Positions 23,692 through 31,704 of a stretch of DNA of 64,000 nucleotides are shown in pieces (the first letter of the stretch is position 1; every line of letters starts with the position of its first letter). Location of the stretch: the NCBI GenBank assembly GCA_963798085.1, contig CAWCRS010000007.1:1120001-1184000 (forward strand), read 5' to 3'. The notes below the pieces were generated by a model. The model searched no databases. It had not been told where the DNA came from and saw nothing but the letters and a program-made list of their open reading frames with translations. The position numbers and the translations under genes were made by a program. Source of the DNA: an uncultured Gemmatimonadales bacterium. Its GTDB lineage: Bacteria > Gemmatimonadota > Gemmatimonadetes > Longimicrobiales > RSA9.

Positions 23692-23730
23692 GTTGCTCGG
23701 GCTGGTTGCTGGGGATGGTTGCTCAGGACC
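23692..23730. repeat. 13-bp tandem repeat x3
   Basis: GTTGCTCGGGCTG / GTTGCTGGGGATG / GTTGCTCAGGACC. Confidence 0.55.
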
Positions 23731-24595
23731 GGCTTGAAGAACAGGTGCAGATTGCCCCCGAACGGGTGAGATTCTGCTGCTGGTAGTGGGTCAATTTGAG
23801 CCGTGACAAAGCGCCTCGCTCCCTACATTCTACTGAGGTCCCGACCACACTCCCCGGGGGTAGAATGGAACAGCGGGCGTACAGCTCAGCAGAGATGAAG
23901 ATCAACATTCGGTATTCCGGTCCCGGCCCCGAACGAGGCCGTATGAGCGTGGTCGAACTTGGCCCCGCCATGATCGGTCTCGGCCAAATGGTGGGAGGGG
24001 CGAGCCGCATACTGTATGGCGACGAGGCGCGAGTACAGGTTGAGGTTCACGCGAATTTCCGAAGAGCATTGTTTGGGGTCGATTTCTTCGCTGTTTCGTC
24101 ACAGGTTGGATTGCTTCCACCACTGGATCTACCAAGCCTGGCGGCGATTGCGACCCTGATAGGAGTAGGGGGCGGCGCCGTAAAGGGGCTAATACAGCTC
24201 GTCCGTTGGCAACGCGGACGGCGAATTGATCGGGTTGGAACTGATGGAGACCTGATTCAGATTCAGATCAACAATGAGGTTCAGGAAGTCACGGTGAATC
24301 AATATCGCATTCTTATCGATCCGGATGCACGAAAGGGACTCGGGGCCTTGGTTTCGCCCTTGACTACCGATGATGTGGATCTTGTGGAGCTTCAGAAGGA
24401 GGACGATCCTCCCATAGTCATCCCCTCAAATGAAGCAGCGTCGTTCACATCATCGCCGCTACCTGAACAGGAGATCTCCATTCGATAGCTACACCACGGT
24501 CCTCGAAGTCGTGGCGGTGACCTTCCGCGAGCGGAACAAATGGCGCTTCTCCCAAGGGGGCAACACATTCTACGCCGAGATCACGGATGAGGATT

Positions 24596-26056
24596 TGGAC
24601 CTGTCCCGATTCCGTGGACGGTTGAGTGTTTGGGTTGCCTGCTGCCGGCGCATGGCAATCCGTTCTGCTGTTGTTGATATGATGGATCCGTTTGCTGCCT
24701 GGGGTCCGAGCGAAGGCGAGGAGACCGCGCACGGCGCGGCCGCCCGCGGAAGGTGCCTTGTCGCGAGCCTCCAGAATCGCGTGTACGGGCCGGGAGCGGC
24801 CGGGAAGGTATCCCAGCACCCCCCGAATCGGCGGTGCGTGCGACTCACGCGGCTGACCCATGCAGTCGCTCGAAGTTCATGGGTGAGCGTTGACCCAGCG
24901 CAGAATGGCGCCGGTGCGGATTGTACCAGCCTTCGATGAAATGGAACACCGCTGTTTCGGCTTCCGCCGGCGTGCGAAAGCGGTAGCGGTCGAGCAACTC
25001 GCACTCGAGCGTGGCAAAGAAGCTTTCGCACAGCGCGTTGTCGTAGCAGTCGCCCACGCTGCCCATCGAGGGACGCACGCCGGCCTCGCGACAACGCTGA
25101 CCAAATGCCAGCGACGTGTACTGACTGCCCTGATCGGAGTGATGGATCACGGCGTGCGGACGCCGCTGCATGAGCGCCATGTTCATCGCCGCCACTACCA
25201 GTTCACTGCGCAGGTGTGTGGCCATGGCCCAGCCCACCACCCGTCGACTCCACACGTCCACCACCACCGCCAGATACAGCATCCCGCTCCAGGTCGAAAT
25301 GTACGTGATGTCGGCCACCCAGAGCTGATCCGGCCCCGTCGCCTTGAACTGACGGTCCACCAGATCCGGTGCCGGTCGGCTGTCCGCATCGCGCACGGTC
25401 GTGACTACCTTGCGTCGACGGCTTACGCCTTCCAGCCCTTCTTCCCGCATCAGGCGGCCCACGCGCTTGGGGGACACCGCCTCACCGTCATCCTGCAACT
25501 CCGCGTGCACACGCGGGCGGCCGTACGTCCCGTCCGACCGCTCGTGGATCTCGCGTATGCGCTGTTTCAACTGCGCGTCGCGCTCGGCTCGCGCCGACGC
25601 CCGACGCTCGAACCATGCATAGTACCCGCTGGTGGAGACCTCCAGCACGCGGCACATGGTGGCAATCGGATACATGGCCTGGTGGGCTCTCACGAATCGG
25701 TAGACCTCGACGGCACCGCATTCGGTCTCCCGAGCGAACCAGGCCGCGGCTTTTGCCAGGATCTCCCGCTCGACGCGCAACTGCTTGTTCTCGCGCCGCA
25801 GCCGCTTCAGCTCCGCCAGCTCCTCGCTGGTCGGCCCTTCACGGCGGCCCGCATCCCGATCCGCCTGCTTCACCCAGTTGCGAAGTGACTGCTCCGACAC
25901 CTTGAATTCCTTCGCCAGCTCTCCGATCGAGCGACCCGCCCGGGCCAGGTCGATAAGCCGACTACGGAATTCCAAGGGATACGACCGTCGTTTCGACATT
26001 GTGGACTCCTTTCTCTACCCAAGAGAGTAAGTGTCCACGAAACCGGGTCAACTCCA
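24596..26056 (-). mobile_element. IS3-family insertion sequence, 1461 bp
   Basis: TG...CA ends; 24-bp IRs with 19/24 identity; GATGAGGATT duplicated at 24586-24595 and 26057-26066. Confidence 0.93.
24845..25999 (-). CDS. IS3-family transposase (OrfA HTH and OrfB integrase core in one frame)
   Basis: LRNWVKQ and ELKRLRRENKQL; DDE triad WVADITY / HHSDQGSQY / DNALCESFF. Confidence 0.95.
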   Translation of the reverse strand: MSKRRSYPLEFRSRLIDLARAGRSIGELAKEFKVSEQSLRNWVKQADRDAGRREGPTSEELAELKRLRRENKQLRVEREILAKAAAWFARETECGAVEVYRFVRAHQAMYPIATMCRVLEVSTSGYYAWFERRASARAERDAQLKQRIREIHERSDGTYGRPRVHAELQDDGEAVSPKRVGRLMREEGLEGVSRRRKVVTTVRDADSRPAPDLVDRQFKATGPDQLWVADITYISTWSGMLYLAVVVDVWSRRVVGWAMATHLRSELVVAAMNMALMQRRPHAVIHHSDQGSQYTSLAFGQRCREAGVRPSMGSVGDCYDNALCESFFATLECELLDRYRFRTPAEAETAVFHFIEGWYNPHRRHSALGQRSPMNFERLHGSAA

Positions 26057-26277
26057 GATGAGGATTTTCTGCGACGGGTGTCACAGCGCAATGAGACTTT
26101 CGGCGCTGGCGATGCCCTTCAATGTAACGTGGAGCTTAGAACGTCGTCCACGGCGGATGGCTTTCGGTTCGAGCACCGCATTCTGAGGGTATTACAACAC
26201 ATCCGGGCGGACCAAGGCGGGCAACTTCCGATGCTTTGATACTTGTCCGATCACTACCGCTTTCCTACCTTTAGCTC

Positions 26278-26547
26278 ATGCCAAAGCGCAAAAGCATCAA
26301 ACCCAGCAATGACCCCAACCTGCGCGCATTCCGGGTTGCGGAGGCCGCGACTGCGGAGAAACCGGAGGCCGAAACGCCGGAGCCTCCCCGCAGAAAGAAC
26401 CCCCATGCCGTCCGGCTCGGCCAGCTCGGCGGGAAGAAGGGCGGCAAGCGCCGCCTCGAAACGATGACGCCGGAGCAACGATCTGACGCGGCCCGGAAGG
26501 CCGCCCAAGCTCGCTGGAAGAATAAGGGTCGAGATACCAAGAATTGA
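26278..26547 (+). CDS. Small basic protein of the KNPxAVxLGxLGGxKGG type
   Basis: KNPHAVRLGQLGGKKGGKRRLETMTPEQRSDAARKAAQARW; from recall, this type often lies beside IS1/IS1595-like transposases. Confidence 0.75.
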   Translation: MPKRKSIKPSNDPNLRAFRVAEAATAEKPEAETPEPPRRKNPHAVRLGQLGGKKGGKRRLETMTPEQRSDAARKAAQARWKNKGRDTKN

Positions 26548-26572
26548 CAGTTTCCCTCCGCTGGGAAGAAGA

Positions 26573-26606
26573 AAAGCACCGTACAGTATATACTGTACGG
26601 TGCTTT
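26573..26606. repeat. Perfect 34-bp palindrome
   Basis: AAAGCACCGTACAGTATATACTGTACGGTGCTTT equals its own reverse complement. Confidence 0.9.
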
Positions 26607-26773
26607 CTTGTCCATACTGGACTGAAACCAAAGATTTATGGCCCAACGGATGGTCGGGGTTGAAGGGACTGGTCCTGTGTCCATCGATTTGCGGCCCTGT
26701 CGGATGAGCGACGGCCATATTAAATTGCCTCGGACAGAACGCTGTACGCGCGTCACAAAATGGGTAATCTGCC

Positions 26774-27220
26774 ATGACAACGATTGATGATCTCGTCCAG
26801 TCTATCGACAGGCGCTTGCATGAGATCGATTTGGAGCGCCAGGAACTGCTGCGCTTTCGCACAATCTACGTTTCAACGCAACGCGAGCTACCGATGCCTG
26901 ATAACGTCACTGTTATTGAGTCCCATGCGCCGACAGATGATGGAATCTCTCCCCGCAGGAATGGCGCCGGGCCGAGTCAGGCTATTATCGAAGTGTTAGG
27001 AGTGAGCGCCAAGTCATTGAAGGCAAGCGAGCTGATCGACCGTGTAGTAGAACGTGTGGGTCACACGAGATCCACGGATGAGCGTCGTCAGCGCCGGACA
27101 ATTTCGTCCGTTCTTGCCTACCTCGTGAAGAGAAAGCGCGTGGTTCGTCGTGGATCGAGATATTCGCTACCCAAGGAAGGGGAAGGCGGTGCGATGCAGG
27201 ACCGCCCTATTGAGCGTTAG
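26774..27220 (+). CDS. Hypothetical protein, N-terminal coiled coil and probable C-terminal winged helix
   Basis: IDRRLHEIDLERQELL heptads; AIIEVL...LKASELIDRV...ISSVLAYLVKRKRVVRRGSRYSL pattern. Confidence 0.6.
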   Translation: MTTIDDLVQSIDRRLHEIDLERQELLRFRTIYVSTQRELPMPDNVTVIESHAPTDDGISPRRNGAGPSQAIIEVLGVSAKSLKASELIDRVVERVGHTRSTDERRQRRTISSVLAYLVKRKRVVRRGSRYSLPKEGEGGAMQDRPIER

Positions 27221-27236
27221 AGGCTCAATAGGGCGG
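27202..27236 (+). terminator. Perfect 14-bp stem hairpin (terminator-like, weak U tract)
   Basis: CCGCCCTATTGAGC-GTTAGAG-GCTCAATAGGGCGG spanning the stop codon. Confidence 0.55.
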
Positions 27237-27249
27237 GTTCGCTGAGTGG

Positions 27250-27285
27250 GGGCCAGTAGCTCAATGGGAGGAGCGCCGGCTTGAC
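27250..27285 (+). pseudogene. tRNA 5' half (acceptor strand, D-arm, anticodon 5' strand; possibly Val-GAC)
   Basis: GGGCCAG-TA-GCTC-AATGGGAG-GAGC-G-CCGGC-TT-GAC; no matching 3' half or T-arm follows. Confidence 0.6.
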
Positions 27286-27944
27286 GAGATCTGGAGTTTC
27301 GCGGGCTGCAAGGACCGGCGCGTGCCGGTCGAGGAGCAAGGGCAGGCCGGGGCGACGTGTGGACCTGGACGGCGCTCGATCAGGATTCCAAGCTCATAGT
27401 GGCGTATCGGGTCGGGAACCGTGACCCCAAGACGGGCCATGCCTTCATTCAGGATCTCCATGACCGGCTGTCCTCGCGCGTGCAGCTTACGACCGACGGC
27501 CTCACGATCTACCTGACCGCCGTGGAGCGAGCCTTCGGTTGGGGTCAGGTCGATTACGCCATGCTGATCAAGCTGTACGGTCACAGCCCGGACGGGGAGG
27601 AGAACCGCCGCTACAGCCCCGCCGTCTGCGTCGGGACGCGCAAGGAGCCGATCATGGGCCGCCCGGAAGAGGCCGACGTTTGCACGTCGCATGTGGAGCG
27701 GCAGAACCTGACGATGCGGATGCAGATGCGGCGCTTCACGCGCCTGACCAACGCGTTCTCAAAGAAGGTGGAAAACCACCTGTACGCGGTGGCGCTGCAC
27801 TTCATGCACTACAACTTCTGCCGCCCGCATCAGACGCTCACACGCGCGAACCGGGGTATCCATACGACGCCAGCGATGGCGGCCGGGCTCACGAACCGCG
27901 TGTGGACGATGGAGGACATTCTGAATTTGTTACACGGTGACTGA
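27280..27944 (+). pseudogene. IS1-family-like DDE transposase, N-terminus deleted, frameshift near 27347
   Basis: [65 protein letters not shown]; upstream in-frame stop at 27229 and no start codon. Confidence 0.85.
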
Positions 27945-27967
27945 CCCACTACCTGCTGCTCGAGGGG

Positions 27968-27996
27968 TTGACGGAAGGGGGCCGCGCCGTCAAAAT
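27968..27996 (+). promoter_or_regulatory. Putative sigma70 promoter of rplU-rpmA
   Basis: TTGACG-N17-CAAAAT; overlapping inverted repeat TTGACGG...CCGTCAA. Confidence 0.5.
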
Positions 27997-28037
27997 ACCA
28001 AGTCTGTAACCGAATACGAACGGCGCAAAGAACCGGC

Positions 28038-28349
28038 ATGTACGCGATCTTCCGCACAGGCGACAAGCAATTCCGGGCCGAGCCAGGGGCAAGAATCAAG
28101 GTCCCATCGCTGACCGCGGAAGTGGGTGATACGGTGGCTTTCGATCAGGTCCTGGTCGCCAGCTCCAATGACGGCCTCAAGGTTGGCGTGCCCGTGGTCG
28201 AGGGTGCCCAGGTGCTGGCCGAGGTCGTGAAGCACGGCAAGGGCCGCAAGATCACGATCTTCAAGCGCAAGCGACGCAAGAACTACCGCCGCAAGCAGGG
28301 CCACCGCCAGAAGTTCACGGAGGTCCAGGTTTCCGAGATCCGGCTCTAG
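28038..28349 (+). CDS. rplU: 50S ribosomal protein L21
   Basis: [12 protein letters not shown]...[17 protein letters not shown]. Confidence 0.98.
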   Translation: MYAIFRTGDKQFRAEPGARIKVPSLTAEVGDTVAFDQVLVASSNDGLKVGVPVVEGAQVLAEVVKHGKGRKITIFKRKRRKNYRRKQGHRQKFTEVQVSEIRL

Positions 28350-28447
28350 CCGCCCTTCACCGTGAGCGCAGCGCCCCGCGGCGATGCGCCCACCTCAATG
28401 CGGGCGGCGACCCACAACGCGAGTACGGAGCAGACGAAGGATCACGT

Positions 28448-28705
28448 ATGGCGCACAAGAAAGGCGTAGGCTCTAGCCGTAACGGCCGGGACTCGAATCC
28501 GCAGTTCCTGGGTGTGAAGCGCTACGGCGGACAGTTCGTCGTGGCGGGCAACGTCATCGTGCGTCAGCGCGGCACGAAGTTCCACGCCGGGCGCAACGTC
28601 GGGCAGGGCCGCGATCATACACTGTTCGCGCTCGTCGACGGCGTCGTGAAGTTCGACCGTCGTGGCCGCGACCGCCAGGAAATATCGGTGCAGCCGGCCG
28701 ACTGA
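28448..28705 (+). CDS. rpmA: 50S ribosomal protein L27
   Basis: [16 protein letters not shown]...[10 protein letters not shown]...DHTLFAL. Confidence 0.98.
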   Translation: MAHKKGVGSSRNGRDSNPQFLGVKRYGGQFVVAGNVIVRQRGTKFHAGRNVGQGRDHTLFALVDGVVKFDRRGRDRQEISVQPAD

Positions 28706-28728
28706 GCCCGCGCCATCGCTCGATGCTT

Positions 28729-28759
28729 GCCCCGGGCTGCCTGCAGTCCGGGGCTTTTT
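28729..28759 (+). terminator. Rho-independent terminator after rpmA
   Basis: GCCCCGGGCTGC/GCAGTCCGGGGC stem followed by TTTTT. Confidence 0.8.
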
Positions 28760-28905
28760 GTTTCTGTTACAGGCCTCGTGCGTTGCCGATCCAGTCAGGC
28801 TCCATCTTGCGAGTGCGCCGGCCGGACCCGACAGTGCAGCGTGCGCACCGCGGCCGCGACACGGCTGCCATCCCCCCGGAAGACAATCAATCTCGAGGTG
28901 TTCTG

Positions 28906-31689
28906 ATGCGCCTGGCGCTCATCACGATCGCGCTGTCCGTCCACGCCCTCGCAGCGAGTGCGCAGGGCCGGCAGTCGCCGTCGCCCAGGCCGGGCGTGGT
29001 GACAACCCAGCAGAAGATCGCACCGGCCGGGAATCAGACCGTATTCCAGGGCCGCGTATACGGCGTGGCCTTCGGCCGTTCCAGCGACGACGTGTGGGTC
29101 CTCACCACGGCCGGCGGAGCCCATCCCGCGACGCTCTACCACCTCTCAATGGCGCAGAATCGCATCCTCGCCAGCATCCCGGTGAACGGCAGCGCGGGTC
29201 TGCAGGGGCTGGGTTACGACGCCATCGCGGACCGGCCACTCGTGAGTCATTCCCTGCGTCTCAGCGCGCAGCCCGAAAAGCCAGAGCCCACGGACGGCGC
29301 ACCCGTGCGCATGATCACCGCGGTTCGCCTGAGCGCCGTGGATGGCGATACGCTGCGGCCATTGAGCGACCGGCTGGGGCTCAACGCCGTCGGCTCGCCT
29401 GCGGTTGCGCGACGCGCCAGCGCGAGTGGCCAGCGCATCGCGGTCGTCCCCCTCCTGTTCAACGACTCGCTTGCGGTCATCGATGCATCCACCGGTGCAT
29501 TGCTGCGCAAGGCGCCCACCGGCATTGCGCCGTTCGCCGCGGCCATCGATTCCGCGGGCACGGTAGCGTACGTGAGCAACTGGGGCGGCCGCCGGCCGCT
29601 GGCCGGAGAGCAGTCCGCACCCACGGGAATCGCGCCGCATGCCGACCGGGTGGTCGTGGATGCGCGCGGCATCGCCGCCAGCGGCACGGTCACACGCATC
29701 GATCTCATCAGCGGCCGCGCAACGCACACGATCGCCGTGGGTCTGCACCCGACCGCCATCGTCTGGGACGAGACGCACCAGCGCGTCTTCGTCGCGGATG
29801 GCAATTCCGATGCCGTGTCCGCCATCGACACGCGCCGTAACACCGTTGTTCGCACCATGCCCATCAATGCCTTCCGCGAGCGCACCAGCGGCCTCGCACC
29901 CACGGCATTGGCACTGTCGCGCGATGGCCAGACGCTCTACGTCGCACTGGGCGGCATCAATGCCATTGCCGTGGTGAATGCCGACGACGGGACCGTGAAA
30001 GGACTCATTCCCACCGCCTGGTATCCCGCCAGCCTGGCGCTCAGTGCGGATGGGAAGTACCTCGCCGTGGGTGCGCTGCTGGGCATCGGCTCGGGCACGG
30101 CGTCCGCCGAGCTGGCCGCGCGCTATCCGGATGATTTCGTCGCCGGCAAGGGCTACGTCCACGCCTATCAGGGCGCGGTGAACGTGGTGCCCGTTCCCGG
30201 CGCCGCGGCACTGGCGGGCTTCTCCCGCGCAGTCGCCGCCAGCAATCGGCTGACACCAGTGTCGTCCCCCGCTAACGTCGCATTACAGCCGCGCAGCGGT
30301 GTCGCTCCCCGTGCGGTTCCCGAGCGGCCGGGCGAGCCCTCTCTCGTCGATCACGTGGTCTACATCATCAAGGAGAACCGCACCTACGACCAGTTGTTCG
30401 GCGATATTGCCCGCGGCAACGGCGATCCGACTCTTGCCATCTACGGCGACAGCATCACGCCCAACCACCACCGCCTGGCGCAGCAATTCGTGCTGCTGGA
30501 CAACTTCTACGCGACCGGCGGCAATTCCGGCGATGGCCACCAGTGGGTGACGCAGGCCAATGAGAGTGATTACGCAATGTGGCCCGGGTACGAGGGGCGC
30601 AGCTACCCGTTCGATGGCGCGGATCCGCTGGCGCCGGCCGGCGGCGGCTTCCTCTGGGACGCGGTCCTCGCCAGAGGCCGGACGGTCACCGTGTTCGGTG
30701 AGTACGCCGGCACCATGCCGCCCGCCGAGCAGGGCAAGCGACTCGTCCACCTGGAGGCGTACCGGCAGGGCTCTGACTTCGCGGGCCGCTTCCACATCGA
30801 GGCGCCCAACCATCGCCTGAACACCATATTAGCGCACGACTTCCCCTCGTACGGCGGCACCGTGCCGGATGTGGTGCGCGCGCGCATCTTCCTGCAGCAC
30901 CTGGCGAAGTGGCAGCAGGCCGGCAGCATGCCCGACCTCGTGATGATTCAGCTGCCCAGCGATCACACGGCCGGCACCACCCCGCAGTTCACCACGCCGG
31001 CCGCCTGCCTCGCGGACAACGACCTTGCCCTGGGCCAGATCGTCGAAGGGCTCTCCAGGTCGCCGTTCTGGAAATCGATGGCCATCTTCGTCGTCGAGGA
31101 TGACGCACAGGGCGGTGTCGATCACGTGGACGGTCACCGCACGGTGGCGCTGGCCATCAGTCCGTTCACCCGCCGCGGCGTACTCGACCACACCATGTAT
31201 GCACAGCAGAGCATGGTGAAGACCATCGAGCTGATGCTCGGGCTGCAGCCGCTCAGCGTGTTCGACCTGATCGCCAACGACATGCGCACCAGCTTCATCG
31301 AGCCGGCGCAGCCCGCGGATCTGACACCCTATGTGGCCGTCGAACCTGCGGTTTCCATCTACCAGCAGAATCCCAAGAGCCAGTCGCTGCGCGGCGCCGC
31401 GCGGAGTGCCGCGCTCGCCTCTGCGCGCATGAACTTCGTCGAGCCGGATGCCGCGCCCTCCGACGCCCTCAATCGCATTCTCTGGCACGCGGCGAAAGGC
31501 TGGAACACGCCCTACCCGGCCACCGGCCAGTCGCTCTTCTTTCCCATGTCGAAGGATCTGGCCGATGACGAGCGCGAGGACGCGAAGGAACGCGGCGCAC
31601 GCGCCGATGATGACGACCGCCCGGCTGCTCGCCGGGGTGCGTCGCCCGACAGCGCGCGGGCCCGGGCCCGCAGCGGGCGAGGCGGCTGA
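28906..31689 (+). CDS. Secreted YncE/YVTN beta-propeller fused to an alkaline-phosphatase-superfamily phosphoesterase
   Basis: Signal peptide MRLALITIALSVHALAASA; VGLHPTA and IPTAWYP propeller repeats; IIKENRTYDQ, DNFY and EDDAQGGVDHVDGHR motifs. Confidence 0.88.
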   Translation: MRLALITIALSVHALAASAQGRQSPSPRPGVVTTQQKIAPAGNQTVFQGRVYGVAFGRSSDDVWVLTTAGGAHPATLYHLSMAQNRILASIPVNGSAGLQGLGYDAIADRPLVSHSLRLSAQPEKPEPTDGAPVRMITAVRLSAVDGDTLRPLSDRLGLNAVGSPAVARRASASGQRIAVVPLLFNDSLAVIDASTGALLRKAPTGIAPFAAAIDSAGTVAYVSNWGGRRPLAGEQSAPTGIAPHADRVVVDARGIAASGTVTRIDLISGRATHTIAVGLHPTAIVWDETHQRVFVADGNSDAVSAIDTRRNTVVRTMPINAFRERTSGLAPTALALSRDGQTLYVALGGINAIAVVNADDGTVKGLIPTAWYPASLALSADGKYLAVGALLGIGSGTASAELAARYPDDFVAGKGYVHAYQGAVNVVPVPGAAALAGFSRAVAASNRLTPVSSPANVALQPRSGVAPRAVPERPGEPSLVDHVVYIIKENRTYDQLFGDIARGNGDPTLAIYGDSITPNHHRLAQQFVLLDNFYATGGNSGDGHQWVTQANESDYAMWPGYEGRSYPFDGADPLAPAGGGFLWDAVLARGRTVTVFGEYAGTMPPAEQGKRLVHLEAYRQGSDFAGRFHIEAPNHRLNTILAHDFPSYGGTVPDVVRARIFLQHLAKWQQAGSMPDLVMIQLPSDHTAGTTPQFTTPAACLADNDLALGQIVEGLSRSPFWKSMAIFVVEDDAQGGVDHVDGHRTVALAISPFTRRGVLDHTMYAQQSMVKTIELMLGLQPLSVFDLIANDMRTSFIEPAQPADLTPYVAVEPAVSIYQQNPKSQSLRGAARSAALASARMNFVEPDAAPSDALNRILWHAAKGWNTPYPATGQSLFFPMSKDLADDEREDAKERGARADDDDRPAARRGASPDSARARARSGRGG

Positions 31690-31704
31690 CAGGCTGTCAG
31701 GGGT

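Larger units (their letters stand above)
23865..26239 (+). pseudogene. Hypothetical passenger gene interrupted by the IS3 element (plus an indel near 24482)
   Basis: ...FRERNKWRFSQGGNTFYAEITDED resumes after the IS as DEDFLRRVSQRNETFGAGDALQC...QLPML-stop(26239). Confidence 0.8.
23782..27953 (+). mobile_element. IS1-like transposon with passenger genes (defective transposase)
   Basis: TIRs GGTAGTGGGTCA (23782-23793) and TGACCCACTACC (27942-27953); TGCTGCT direct repeats at 23775-23781 and 27954-27960; transposase ends inside the right TIR; lies between rng and rplU; visibly AT-richer interior. Confidence 0.85.

Noticed and set aside
26573..26606. Palindrome as a LexA box or protelomerase site
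   Set aside because: The core CAGTATATACTG is not the CTG-N10-CAG consensus, and no protelomerase gene is in the window.
27250..27330. Complete or intron-containing tRNA using GCCGG near 27324 as the 3' anticodon strand
   Set aside because: No T-arm or acceptor 3' strand follows, and the intervening bases encode the conserved transposase DEIWSF motif.
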